A stretch of 63,181 bases of DNA, filler included, from Octopus bimaculoides (taxonomy: Eukaryota): the NCBI RefSeq assembly GCF_001194135.2. It is 4 parts of 4 records of this genome, joined end to end, with 100 filler letters (N's around TTAATTAATTAA, not from the genome) between each part and the next. Parts side by side here need not be neighbours in the genome. Positions count along the whole stretch, not along the records: positions 1 to 22,512 come from NC_068988.1; positions 22,613 to 45,906 come from NC_069005.1; 2 more parts are not named here. One strand, written 5' to 3'. The notes beneath the pieces were generated by a model. That model ran no database searches. It was not told where the DNA came from and saw only the letters and a program-made list of their open reading frames with translations. The first letter of the stretch is position 1; each line of letters begins with the position of its first letter. The position numbers were made by a program, and so were the translations under genes. Positions 12,674 to 25,008 of this stretch are shown piece after piece.

Positions 12674-13139
12674 GTTGTTGTTGTTGTTGTTGTTGTTGTT
12701 TTCAAGCGGATGGATGTATGTCCAGAAGCTGTAAGTTTTTGGCCAATTTTTATTGGAAATATTGTTAAACAACTTGATTTTTTGAATATTTGCATAGCCA
12801 AGTTGACTGGGCTCTTGCTGAGCCAATCAGTTAGGCGGAATTTTCCCCTTTTTGGGGCGAAATTTTCATTTTAAAATTTAAAATTTTGTTTTGAAACTGT
12901 TAAATTTTGCNNNNNNNNNNNNNNNNNNNNNNNNNNNNNNNNNNNNNNNNNNNNNNNNNNNNNNNNNNNNNNNNNNNNNNNNNNNNNAAGAAGATAAAGT
13001 AAAACAGTGTTCCAATACATGCAGCGCTACTAAAGAAAATGAAGGCTGTTCTTTGGACCACCTTTCAAATGTGCATTTCCCTGCTCTCACAACCACCATT
13101 GCTCCTACACCGGAGAAGGAGGAAGAAAGAAATAACAAC

Positions 13140-14148
13140 ATGGCTACCAAAGAAACCAACACCAGCAACACCACCAAGACCAACAACAAAACCCATTGTA
13201 AAGGTTTCACATCCACAGCAAAGCAAAGCTCGGAGGAAATCAATGTTACAATGGACGATATTAAAATTGCAAAGGAGTTGTTAAGGAAGGATGGAAACAA
13301 TGTCTTCCTTAACACTCCACAACAATTAATACAGGAAACCAACAAAAGGATGATGATCTATAAAATTTTCAGTAAAACATAAAAACATAGAAGGGGCAAC
13401 TTCACAGCAGTTGGTGATAGAACTCAAACCCATATGGGGTAAAAAATCATACATAACAAAGGGGAAGCGATTTGGAACTGTAGAAGTTTGCTTTCCAACT
13501 GAAGAAGAAGCAAAACAGCATACCTCAGCACCCCTCCAGACTGAGGATTTGCTACTCGTGCAGACATACCTTTGTCAGTGCATCACAAAGATAAAAACTG
13601 AGCAAGTGCTGCCTGAACTAAATATATGCTGGGTAGTGGCAACTGTCCTCTTCAACATAAAAGACACTTCCACTATTTTGGAAGTACATAAACTGCAAAG
13701 CCAAAACTGGTTGGGTATTGGTATGCAGCTTCTTGTTCAAATTGAACAAGAAAGCATAAATGCCATACCTGACTCCAAAAATTTGCCAGATGGCACAAGG
13801 CTGCATGTTGCTGTAGAGGGGCGAAGACCAAAGTGCTACCTCTGCAGCAGTGAAAAGCATTTAAAAGTAGATTGCCCCATACATAAGGAAAGAATGGAGG
13901 CGGAGAGAAGAAAGAAGTCGCCAGAGACATCTCCAATGCAGCAGCAGCAGCAACAACAACAACAGGAGATGCAGTGGAAGCAAAGACCGAAAGCTAATGC
14001 ACCACCAACAAAAGTGACTCCACCTCCAACCATCACCAGACAAGCACTAACAACGATGACAACTGGACAATATAAATATACCATCACCACCACCAACAAC
14101 AACAACACCACTTTCAACAGCAAGAGCACCAACAAAAACAACAGATGA
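13140..14148 (+). pseudogene. LINE ORF1 (gag-like nucleic-acid-binding protein), frameshifted near 13380
   Basis: ATG at 13140. A frameshift joins ...YKIFSK to NIEGATSQQLVIELKPIWGKK. Zinc knuckle RRPKCYLCSSEKHLKVDCP (CX2CX4HX4C, 13834-13875) is followed by a Q/T/P-rich tail. Confidence 0.75.
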
Positions 14149-14768
14149 AACTGCATTACAAAATACTATAATGGACCCCCAAGGACATCCCCTTTCCCGA
14201 CCAAATCAGCTTGGACAGTGTGCACTGATAGTGAGAAAGGGGGGGGGGGCACACAGTGCCAACGAAAAAGAGAAGAAAGAAGAAGTCTAAAGAAACAATT
14301 GACAAAGTGGGGAGGCACGAGAAAGTAGAGCTTCCCAACAACAACAGCAACAACATGCACTCACAACATTCAACAACACCTTCTCCAGCACTACCACCAC
14401 AAACACCAACACAAATTACAACACGCACAAACACCACCACCACCACCAATACAAACATCGCGGTAATAAACTCAATGAAAACCTTGTCACATACTTGAAA
14501 GAAAACACAGACACCACAATGGCAGATTTTGTCATACCCACATACAACACACCACCAGCACACATATTCAGTTTTAAAATAACTCGTGAGAACGAGTTAA
14601 TAAAGAACAGATTTCCAAATGATGTTGGGTCGCTCGGGAAAAGTTTCTCAAAATAAATTTACAAAAATCTGGTGGCAATACCCACACAAAAGCATAAGGG
14701 AGCCACCACACCAGACAACGGCAGTAAGTAGAGCTTTTTCTCCTGCATAAATCTTTTTAAACACGGTT

Positions 14769-16020
14769 GTGCTCAGAATCAGTAGCATAAATGTGAGAGG
14801 CCTCGGGTCGCCTTGGAAACAAGGTCACTTCTTAAACGACCTGAGGTCTTACAGTGTGGATGTAGCAGCCATTAGCGAAACCAGGCTCTCTGACCCATGG
14901 GAACTTGCAGCCCTTTTCGGCGGATATGAGATTTTTCTATCTCTGTGTTGACCAGGAGCAGGCGGTGGTGGTACTGCAGTGCTATTTTGAAAAGGCCTGG
15001 ATTTGAAAATAAAAGCAGTCTCCCTGGATCCAGAGGGTAAGTTGGTGGTCCTGGATGTGAACAGTAGTGACAGCAGTGCCTTCAGACTGGTGGCTGCCTA
15101 TGCTCTGACAGGGGCAAGGCAGTCGGATTATTTCAAGCATCTGGAGGTTTTCCTGGGCATGTCTCGCACTTTAGTGCTAGTTGGGGATTGGAACGCTATC
15201 TTAGACGAACGTTTTGATCGGGTGGACGTGGGGGCATCTGATAGGAGAGTGGGGTGCAAAAGCCTAGCCAACCTGCTCAGACGCTTTCAGCTGTCTGATA
15301 GGTATCGACTAGACAACCCGAATGTGCCAATATGGACTTGGACTAATCGCATTGGGTCGTCTAGATCATACTTAGATAGAGTTTTTTGCAGGCCAGCAGA
15401 TAAGGACAGCATAGCGTGTCCACAATTCCACATAGTGGGCTACACAGCCCACAAATTCGTGATCTGTACAGTCGACTTAGATAGGCCCCATAGACAGGGT
15501 CCTGGTTACTGGAAGTTAAACACATCGTTAATGGCATGCAAAGCTTACAGAGACTGGATTAGCTTATTAGTTAAGTGGGCATTGATGGGGAGCGATCATC
15601 AACAACAACAACTGGTGGTTTGCTCTCACAAGGGCAATTAGAACAGAATCGATTAGGTTTAGTAAGGTTCTAGCTGTAGGATGAAAGAAATTAGAGTGGG
15701 ATTTAATTAGAAAACTAGACAGGGCTTTTAGGACAGGTATCATGACCGCCAAACACGAAGGCTGCGTTGTCAGAGCTAAAGCATGTTCAGTAAGTGGGGA
15801 GGGGATTAAGGCCAGCCGATGGGCCAGCATGGTGGAGGCGAAGCGTGGCAACAGGGTGACCATTTGGTCTTAGGTAGACCAGAATGGGCGTGAAGTTTCC
15901 AAACCAAAGCAGATGTGTGCAACCTTTCAGCAGCACTCTGCTCGACTGTTCGGGATGAGCGGTGGGATGGTCAACGGTACAGACTTCGGTGTGTACCTGG
16001 ACGGCCTGTCACAACTCTGG
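14769..16020 (+). pseudogene. LINE ORF2 N-terminus: apurinic-like endonuclease and linker, disrupted
   Basis: Motifs SINVRGL, AISETRL, LVGDWNAILD, WTW, SYLDRVF and GPGYWKLNTSL. In-frame TGA stops at 14949 and 14988, a frameshift near 15590, and further stops at 15682 and about 15870. Confidence 0.85.
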
Positions 16021-16116
16021 AATCAATGTAATCAACTAGTCCTCTCCCTTAACATTTCAGGTCTTGTGCCCTTAGCAGAAAGGATTATTATTATTAATAT
16101 TAATATTATTATTATT

Positions 16117-16345
16117 AAGGCAGTGAACTGGCAGAGTCATTAGCATGCTGGGGAAATGCTTAGTGGTATTTTATCTGTCACTATGCTCTGAGTTCAAATT
16201 CTGCCGAGGTCATTTTTTGCCTTTTCATTCTTTAGGGGTTGATGAAATTAGTACCAGTCGAGCACTGGGGTGAATTTAATTGACTAGTCCCCTCTCCTAA
16301 AATTTCAGGCCTTGTGCCTATAGTAGAAAGGATTATTATTATTAT
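16117..16345 (+). mobile_element. tRNA-derived SINE family A (full length, ATT tail), CpG-decayed
   Basis: AAGGCAGTGAACTGGCAGAGTCATTAGC head (box A), GAGTTCAAATTCTGCC (box B), 3' end atttcaggccttgtgcc..tagtagaaagg(att)n. Confidence 0.85.
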
Positions 16346-16709
16346 TATTATACAAAATGCCAAGTGGTATTTCTTATGTCTCTTTACATTCTGAGTTCAA
16401 ATCCTGCTGAGGTCAACTTTTTCTTTATCCCTTCAAGGTCAATAAAATTAATTAGCGCAGTTGGTGTAATTGACTAACCCAAGCCTCACTTCAATATTGC
16501 TGCCCTCATACTTAATTTAGAAACAATAATTACTATTTATTTATTTATTTATTTATTCATTTTTGTTTGTTATTCTATTACATGGCAAAATATGTTGCTG
16601 TACCCAGCAGAAAATATAGGGCAATAGTAATGTAGACTATTCAACGTTTTCAACACCTGCACTCTCTTATGAATTTGTCTTCATGCACTCACACACAGGT
16701 AAGCAAATA

Positions 16710-16745
<36 letters not shown>

Positions 16746-17243
16746 AGTACATAAAAAACATTTCAAAGATACTCTCATTAAAATATCATATTTTATGGCT
16801 TAACCTACCACCACCACCACCAGCACTACCACCAGTACCACCAGCACCACCAGCACCACCACCACTGCGCTTATAATCCCCACCACCACCACCACCACTG
16901 CAATTGTGTGGTGTATTGCTTAAAAGTGTGTAGTAGCCATTGTGTGTATTCATAATAAATAGTGTTGTTGTTGTTGTTGTGTACTCTTACTGCAAATTGA
17001 TAGATGATGGTGATAATGATAATTTTTAAAATTTGCTGCTAGAGATGACAGTCTTTCCTATATTTCAGAGAGAATAATACAAGTTCTACCAATACTCCAA
17101 ACATGTAGTTTATCATTCAATTAATTGCATGTTATGCACTTTGCCTGCACATTCGTGTTAATGTGCTAATATAAAATATCCTTCTTTGTGAGCCAAAGTC
17201 AATGGGAGTAGTACAAAAGGTAGAGATCTCCACAACATTGATA

Positions 17244-17465
17244 ACACTTTAGCATTTAAACCAGCAGTATGCCATCCATATGTTCAACTTACTTTAAGGT
17301 CAAACTGGTCAGATCTGGCCTCTTACACCTACCTTACAGTGACATTATAAAAATGAGCAATCACATCACCAAAATTTTAAAGCTGTGAGATAATGCCTAT
17401 TTAATTCAAAATAATGTGAATAAATAAGCATTATATTTGACAGAGTAATCTACTAAAAGGTAAAC
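17244..17465 (-). mobile_element. Second copy of the TTAA-ended MITE-like family
   Basis: Shares tttagcatttaaac and aataaataagcatta..tttgacagagtaatct with the reverse complement of 10726-10920. Confidence 0.45.
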
Positions 17466-18424
17466 ATTCAGGAATCTATTCAGATATTCTCATCCCCCTA
17501 TTTTCAAGGTTACACTACCAGAGTGAAAGCATGTAGCCTAGTGGTTAGTGTGTCTGGCTCACAATCATTAGATCATAAGTTTGAATCTCACGCAGAGCAG
17601 AGCATTGGGTTCTTAAGTTCATTCCATGTCACTTCAGTATATTCAGATGAAAATTAGTACAAGTGACGAACCACACGGGATTGTGTGATGCTGAGCTCAC
17701 ATGATAATCTCCAAGTGCTACTCGTTGGACTGGCCTATTTGGTTTGGCGCACAGCCTCAGAAACTACAGTTTTAGACCTACCTAACCTTGCTTAATTATT
17801 GAGGTTCTTGCAACCTGAGTGAAATTTATTGAACTATTGGTTACTATACCATGATCTACTGTTCCTCCATCTTTGACTCAACAAACGTATTTGGTTGCTT
17901 CCATGGCATCATAGTCCAGTTTGAACTTGTAAAGCAAAAGTTCCAAAATTGGCTGTGTGGTAAGTAGCTTGCTTACCAACCATATGGCTCCGGGTTCATT
18001 CCCACTGTGTGACACCTTGGGCAAGTGTCTTAAAGTCCCTTCTACAGCTTGAACTGCCTCAGGCACATGATATACATGCTGCAAATTAGCATATATGCAA
18101 ATATTGCAAGACTTTTGATTCATCTTTGTATATAGAAAGTACTCTATGTGTCTACCTATAGGTGTATTTATCTATCTATGTACCAGTATGTTAATATACC
18201 TATCTGTCTATCAACCTATTTTACCTTTCTCTGTACCCACCTAGTTGTCTAACTTACCTATTTGTGTACTAGTCAATCTGTACATCTACATACCTACCGA
18301 CTAACCTACCTACCGACTAACCTACCTATGTACCTATGTACCTAACTATCTACTTACCTATCTGTGTAGGGGTAAGATTTAGCTCTCTTAATGATTCAAT
18401 GATATAGGGAAAGGAGATAAGTAT

Positions 18425-18518
18425 GGGTGTTACGGATTCTTGTGGTGTGGAATGGGATTAGCTGGGATTACTATAGACATATACATAGATAGTGAAAGAG
18501 AGAGAGAGGAAGAGAGAG

Positions 18519-18558
<40 letters not shown>

Positions 18559-18834
18559 TAAGTAAATGAATAAATNNNNNNNNNNGAGAGAGAGGGAGAT
18601 AAGTAAATGAATAAATTTGTGGATATAAATACAGACAGACGGATAAATAAAGAGAAAGAGAGAGAGAGAGAGTAGGTGAAAGAGGAAGAGAGAAAGGCAG
18701 ACAAATAGACTTCGATAGAGAGATAGAGTAAAGGAGGCGGAGAGAAAGAGTGAGAGAGATAGCTTGAAAGATAGATAAATAGATAGATAATAGATGGATA
18801 GATAGATAGATAGATAGCGAAACAGAAAGACTGG

Positions 18835-18884
<50 letters not shown>

Positions 18885-19090
18885 CATACAGATAGATAAC
18901 GAGAAAGATTGATAGAGGGATAAATAGACAGATGGAGAGAGAGGAAGACAGAGAAGGAGAGAGAATGAGTGAGAAAGAAAGAATGAAAGAGAATGAAATG
19001 GACAGACAGCTAATCTTAGATATATTGATACATACATACATATAGATAAAGATAGATAGATAACAGAAAGATAACAAATACAGAGACAAA
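18425..19090. repeat. Compound (GA)n/(GATA)n purine-rich microsatellite field
   Basis: Direct reading; includes a 10-N gap with duplicated flanks. Confidence 0.9.
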
Positions 19091-19641
19091 GAGACTCAAA
19101 CACATCATTAGGGCTAATGACCTTGTCTTATAGTTAATTAACCACAGTTGAAGCAGTATTTTATCCCAATACTAGACTCAAGTGAATATTTTCTGTTTAA
19201 CCAAATCATAAAATCACAAAAAAAACCATCACCACCACCACCACCGCCACAAACTTGATGACCACCACCACTACCAACACCTATACTACTACTACTACTA
19301 CTAGTATCCCCACCCCACTTCATCATCACAACCTCCACCACAACCGCCACCAACCACTTACATCACAACTACATAAACTATTACAACCACGGACACCATC
19401 TCCACCAACCCTACAACTAACTCCCAACCTTATAACTACAACCAATACACCACAACTACTACTACTACTATTTTCAACAATAAATATTTATTGTTAATGT
19501 TGCCAACACCATTAATAATATAGACCTCCTACTGACTGAACAACTAGTGGAGTTGAGGCTGGAACNNNNNNNNNNNNNNNNNNNNNNNNNNNNNNNNNNN
19601 NNNNNNNNNNNNNNNNNNNNNNNNNNNNNNNNNNNNNNNNN

Positions 19642-19673
<32 letters not shown>

Positions 19674-20169
19674 ATGTTTGTATGTATGTGTGCGTTATAT
19701 GTTTATGAAGGTACTTGTAATGTACGTGTATGTGTGTGTGTGTGTGTGCACGTGCACGTGTGTGTGTGTGTGTGTGTGCATACATATGCATGTATGTGTG
19801 CATGCATGCCTGTATGTATGTATGTGTGTATGTATGCATGTATGTATGTTTGTATGTATGTATGTATGTATATGTGTATGCATGTGAAAAAGATCAGATT
19901 TCCCTATTGATTTAAGCACCATTAAATATGATACAAGTGATCAGTGAAGGTCATATTTTTTTTTCATTTATGTCCAATTTTGTATTTTGTCTTTATTTTG
20001 ATTTTATTGATTTATATATATAGATTTATTTATCTTACTGTTTGAATTTTTCACTTGTATTCCTCTCACCCCACTAAAAGGCTAACCATATAGTATAGTA
20101 TAGTATACATGGGCCCTGCTCCCATTATGCTAACAACTATTTTTCAGTGTATTCAAATTTAGGAAGATG

Positions 20170-20310
20170 TATATACATCCAGCTGTAGAAACTCTGCCAA
20201 ATTAGATTGGAGCCTGGTGTTGCCATCCGGTTTCACCAGTCCTCAGTCAAATCGTCCAACCCATGCTAGCATGGAAAGCGGACGTTAAACGATGATGATG
20301 ATGATGATGA
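20170..20310 (+). mobile_element. Family C element, CpG-retaining copy
   Basis: catccagctgtagaaactctgccaaa...cagtcctcagtcaaatcgtccaacccatgctagcatggaaagcggacgttaaac(gat)n. Confidence 0.8.
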
Positions 20311-20380
20311 TATATATATATACTAGAGTAAGCACATAAATGTGGGAAAAATAGTACTCAAATACTGGAGGTAGATAGAG

Positions 20381-20427
<47 letters not shown>

Positions 20428-21415
20428 GCACATGTGTGTGCGCGCGAGCGTGTATGCGGGTAGGTATATATTTTTTGGCGAATGTGTGGGTGAGCATGTG
20501 TGTTTCAAGTGAGGGTGGATGAGGATATACATATAGGCACATGTACGTTGGTGTGTGGGCGCGCATGTGTACGTATGGACTGGTGCGCTTACGCAAATAC
20601 TAGGGACATTTTCACTCCCTTACCTTTACTCCCTCCCCTCACTTAGCGGTCATTCTAATAGCTCTTTTGTCTTAATAACGGTCAATCACACAGTAATTTC
20701 CCTTTGTTTAACGGTCATTTTCATAGCATTTTTTTCAATGGCCAGATAACTGAAGAGATNNNNNNNNNNNNNNNNNNNNNNNNNNNNNNNNNNNNNNNNN
20801 NNNNNNNNNNNNNNNNNNNNNNNNNNNNNNNNNNNNNNNNNNNNNNNNNNNNNNNNNNNNNNNNNNNNNNNNNNNNNNNNNNNNNNNNNNNNNNNNNNNN
20901 NNNNNNNNNNNNNNNNNNNNNNNNNNNNNNNNNNNNNNNNNNNNNNNNNNNNNNNNNNNNNNNNNNNNNNNNNNNNNNNNNNNNNNNNNNNNNNNNNNNN
21001 NNNNNNNNNNNNNNNNNNNNNNNNNNNNNNNNNNNNNNNNNNNNNNNNNNNNNNNNNNNNNNNNNNNNNNNNNNNNNNNNNNNNNNNNNNNNNNNNNNNN
21101 NNNNNNNNNNNNNNNNNNNNNNNNNNNNNNNNNNNNNNNNNNNNNNNNNNNNNNNNNNNNNNNNNNNNNNNNNNNNNNNNNNNNNNNNNNNNNNNNNNNN
21201 NNNNNNNNNNNNNNNNNNNNNNNNNNNNNNNNNNNNNNNNNNNNNNNNNNNNNNNNNNNNNNNNNNNNNNNNNNNNNNNNNNNNNNNNNNNNNNNNNNNN
21301 NNNNNNCTGCACTGGGATCATTGTAAGCAACTAGCCCCTCCCATCAATTTCAAGCCTTCTGCCTTTAGTAGAAAGGGGTATTATCATTATTATTATTATT
21401 ATTATTATCATTATT

Positions 21416-21465
<50 letters not shown>

Positions 21466-21478
21466 CATCATCATTATT

Positions 21479-21700
21479 AAGGCGGTGAGTTGGCAGAATC
21501 ATTAGCATGCAGGGCAAAATGCTTAGTGGTATTTCATCCATCTTTACATTTTGAGTTCAAATTCTGCCAAGGTTGACTTTGCTTTTCATCCTTTCAGGCT
21601 CAATAAAATATGTACCAGTTGAATGCTGGGATTGTTGTACTTGACTTAGCCCCTTCCTTAGAATTTCAGGCTTTGTGCCAAAAGTAGAAACGATTATTAT
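21479..21700 (+). mobile_element. tRNA-derived SINE family A, CpG-decayed
   Basis: Same structure as 16117-16345; nearly all consensus CpGs appear as TpG or CpA. Confidence 0.85.
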
Positions 21701-22465
21701 TATTATGTGGTAAGTTTTCAACAAGTAGAATTGCATTTGATCAACTAAGACAGTAAAGGTATTATAATGAAAACCATAGAAAAGCCTTGTGAAATACACA
21801 ACCCGGAATTTCGTGACTTAAAATATTAAATTATTTTACCATTTTGCCACATTAAATAGAAAATCCTTTCCCAAAACCAAATGCTATATTAATGGGCCAA
21901 AAAGATGTTCAATATGTTCCCTTGGAAAACTATGTCTCTTAAAGAACTTGAGAGCCTCTAACAACTATGTAAATTCCAGGAATTAGGTTTTTTTCAATAT
22001 GTTTGCATTTTAGAAATACATCTTGGCAGAATTTGAAAATGGGCTACTGAATGCGTCATAAACCATTAATATCTTGTTTACATTTTTTTTTTAACATTTG
22101 TTGATCATAACATTGGTTATCCCCACTGTGTTTTTTTTTCCTGTCATACTCCTTATGAGCATTTGCTGTTCAAATATAATCTGTTTTGAAAGCAACTGAC
22201 AAACAGTCTTGTTCTCAGCTTGAAAAATGGCAAAATAAATTAATGTTTTGGCCACAAAACCTCGGGTAACTGGATTTCATGAGACTTGTGGTTTTCATTA
22301 TGACATTAAATATATATGCATATATATATATGTATAAGAGATGTCTTCCTGGGGCTATAAACGCCAGTAGCACTGTCCTGTATAGGACGCCACACTTGGT
22401 TAGCAATTTTATGTTACGATTCCGTATTGCTACTGTTTATATCTCGCTCAGAGGTTTAATATAGA

Positions 22466-22512
<47 letters not shown>

Positions 22513-22612
22513 NNNNNNNNNNNNNNNNNNNNNNNNNNNNNNNNNNNNNNNNNNNNTTAATTAATTAANNNNNNNNNNNNNNNNNNNNNNNNNNNNNNNN
22601 NNNNNNNNNNNN
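22513..22612. other. Artificial scaffolding spacer 44N + TTAATTAATTAA + 44N
   Basis: The same 100-bp structure occurs three times in the window. Confidence 0.95.
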
Positions 22613-22655
22613 CCTTGTGCTAAAATTTGAAACCATTGTTATTATTATTGTCTGT

Positions 22656-22860
22656 AAGGCGTCGACCAAACGGAATCGTTAGCACGCCGGACGAAATGCC
22701 TAACGGTATTTCGTCCGTCGCTACGTTCTGAGTTCAAATTCCGCAGGGGGTCGATTTTGCCTTTCTTCTTTTCGGAGTCGATAAATTAAGTACCAGTTAC
22801 ACACTGGCGTCACGCTCCCTTAAATTTCAGGCCTTGTGCCTTTAATAGAAATGATTATTG
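22656..22860 (+). mobile_element. tRNA-derived SINE family A, CpG-rich
   Basis: ggaatcgttagcacgccggacgaaatg...gttctgagttcaaattccgc...gtcgataaattaagtaccag...atttcaggccttgtgcc. Confidence 0.85.
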
Positions 22861-23063
22861 TTGTTAGTAGTAGTAATAGTGATGGTGATGGTGATGGTGA
22901 TGGTAGTGAGACTACTGTACCATATTCGTTAATTCTTCCGCTAAATCAACTGTATTTACGTGGCGAGTTAGAAGCGTCAGCCGTTGCAGCTATTTTACAA
23001 CAACAACAACAATAAAAACTGCAGATTCATGCAATTAAAATGCCCTTTCTATTTCTCTTCCAG

Positions 23064-23120
23064 CCCTTGTGGTTCGATTCTTGACCAAGCGTTTTATATG
23101 GGAGTACGATTCATCGCAGG
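23064..23120 (+). CDS. RERG: Internal coding exon (57 nt, phase 1 to phase 1) of a RERG-like Ras-family GTPase: (A)LVVRFLTKRFIWEYDSSQ(E)
   Basis: Acceptor ctttctatttctcttccag and donor G|gtaagt are both strong. The translation matches the ALVVRFLTKRFIWEYD segment I recall from vertebrate RERG (post-P-loop helix plus switch I). The phase is compatible with the next exon (G|AA = Glu). Confidence 0.88.
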
Positions 23121-23515
23121 GTAAGTAACTGCAATTTTTTTTCTATCTGAGAATTTCGAAACAATATAACGAGTTCAAATCATTGCTATTTTATTTATAT
23201 TTTTTTTATTATCTGAGTTCAAATCCTGTGAGTTCGTCAAGTCAAAGGGTTATGGTGCGATTCACTATTTAGGTGTGCAATTTCAATTTGACCAGTGGCA
23301 TTTTCAACGACGCGGCCTTGCGAGAAACAACAACCAAATCTTTCTCAAATCACATATCGCTTTGTTAAAAAAGAGGATATTGCGTGACAGAATACTTGCA
23401 ACTTCTAAGAGAACGAGATGGTCACAATTGGAATGGGTTTTATCATAAGTCTGCTCGATCAAGGTTGATCAGTCAAGTACTGGGTTTGATGTAAACGACA
23501 ATATTTTCAGCCACT

Positions 23516-23820
23516 AGGGCAGTGAGCTGGCAGAATCGTTAGCTCGCCGGGTAAAATGCTTTGCGGCGTTTCGTCCGCCTTTACATTTCAAAGTCCGCCG
23601 AGGTCGACTTCATCCTTTCAGAGTCAATAAAATAAGTACCAGTTGAGTACTGGTTCGATATAATTGACTTAACCCCACCCTCGAAACTGCTGGCTTTGTG
23701 CAAAAACTTGAAGCCAATATTTTCAGTCATTAAGGCGGCGAGCTGGCAGAAACGTTAGCACACCGGGCGAAATGTTTAGCGGTATTTCGTCTGCCGTTAC
23801 GTTCTGAGTTCAAATTCCAC
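23516..23820 (+). mobile_element. Two adjacent SINE family A copies (second is 3'-truncated)
   Basis: Heads gggcagtgagctggcagaatcgttagc (23516) and aaggcggcgagctggcagaaacgttagc (23732). Confidence 0.8.
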
Positions 23821-24329
23821 ACACAAATAAACATAGTTATATTGCATATATAATGAATACAGAATTAATTTATATATATTATACGATTATAGAAATCTGT
23901 CAATTCATTTTACTACTAGTTTCAAAGATACTCCAAGTAGTTGTGCACTTATGTTACTGCATATATTACTCAACAAAGTAATTTGTTTTGGGGAATTTTT
24001 TTCTACTATTTGTTATATCGTGAACTAAAAAATGTGGTTATGGGGAGATCGTGTATAAATTACTCTTCCTTCATAGGTGATTTGTTAACTTTTAATATGG
24101 TGATATGTTAAAATTTAAATATTTACTGAGAAAATTAAAAGGAAAAAAAATTAATAAGAATTTAGCTCTGTACAGAGTGTCTAAATTATAGCTTAATAAT
24201 AGCATCTTATTTCAAAATAGAGGGAGGACGCAAAATAAATGATAAATAAAAACGAGGAAAAAGAAAAGAATTTAATTAAAATATTAATGGGAATTCTGTA
24301 TTTTAGCCATCGTTGACTACATCTGCATG

Positions 24330-24830
24330 GATTCACTTTCTGATTTAGGATAGTTGTATCCAGTTGTGGACTGTGAACTTATCGGTGGGTTTACATTTAC
24401 TGAAGCTTCTAAATTGGCTTTTAATTAAATCCTTGGTTCCAACGAGATTTGCAGAATTACTCCTTTTTTTTTCAGTTATGCATAGGCCACATCTTCTACT
24501 ACCATTCACATTATATATATTGAATATAAAGTTTTCAGCAATCCTACAGTTGATACAGTTGTTCAAAGACTTTTCTATCAAAGACAAGATATAATTCGAA
24601 AGCTTTGTTTATCAATGTTCTGGAAGAAAGAGTTGAGATTCTACGCTCTTATTCTGAAGAGCGTTTGAACAATTTTAGTGTTTCGAGTTGGTGCCAAGTT
24701 TCGGGTATATGGGTTTTAACCTTTGCAACATATACAATGACATTTGTATTTCAGGATCTATTCAGAGGGCATGTAAAGTGACTAGTCTCAGCAGCTCATA
24801 TAATTTGCTTCATGCCCCTGGTACAGCTAA
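24330..24830 (-). mobile_element. Penelope-like element, decayed GIY-YIG endonuclease fragment
   Basis: Minus-strand pieces CPLN..NVIVYVAKV (about 24718-24775) and NGSRRCGLCITEKK (about 24465-24505) match the Penelope C-terminal CPLxG..NVIYxA and SKRCxLCLxEK patterns. Many stops and frameshifts. Confidence 0.6.
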
Positions 24831-24976
24831 AACCCACTTTAAGGTTACGCTTGTTGAACAATTTCTTAAACCCATGACTAGTGTGGAAGTACATATCTAT
24901 TAAACAGAACATTGTTTTACCTATGTTAGACTAATCATTTAGCAAGAAGTGGGGGCGCGTACTAAATGATATTACA

Positions 24977-25008
<32 letters not shown>

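Larger units (their letters stand above)
12990..16020 (+). mobile_element. L1/Tx1-clade non-LTR retrotransposon; 5' part only (ORF1 + endonuclease + linker), RT domain absent, decayed
   Basis: ORF1 with a CCHC knuckle is followed directly by ORF2 with APE endonuclease motifs. The homology ends at about 16020 in a SINE 3' tail. Confidence 0.85.

Noticed and set aside
22279-22464. ORF starting MRLVVF as a possible RERG first exon
   Set aside because: It lacks the GxxxxGKS P-loop and a phase-1 donor, and it runs through a TA microsatellite.
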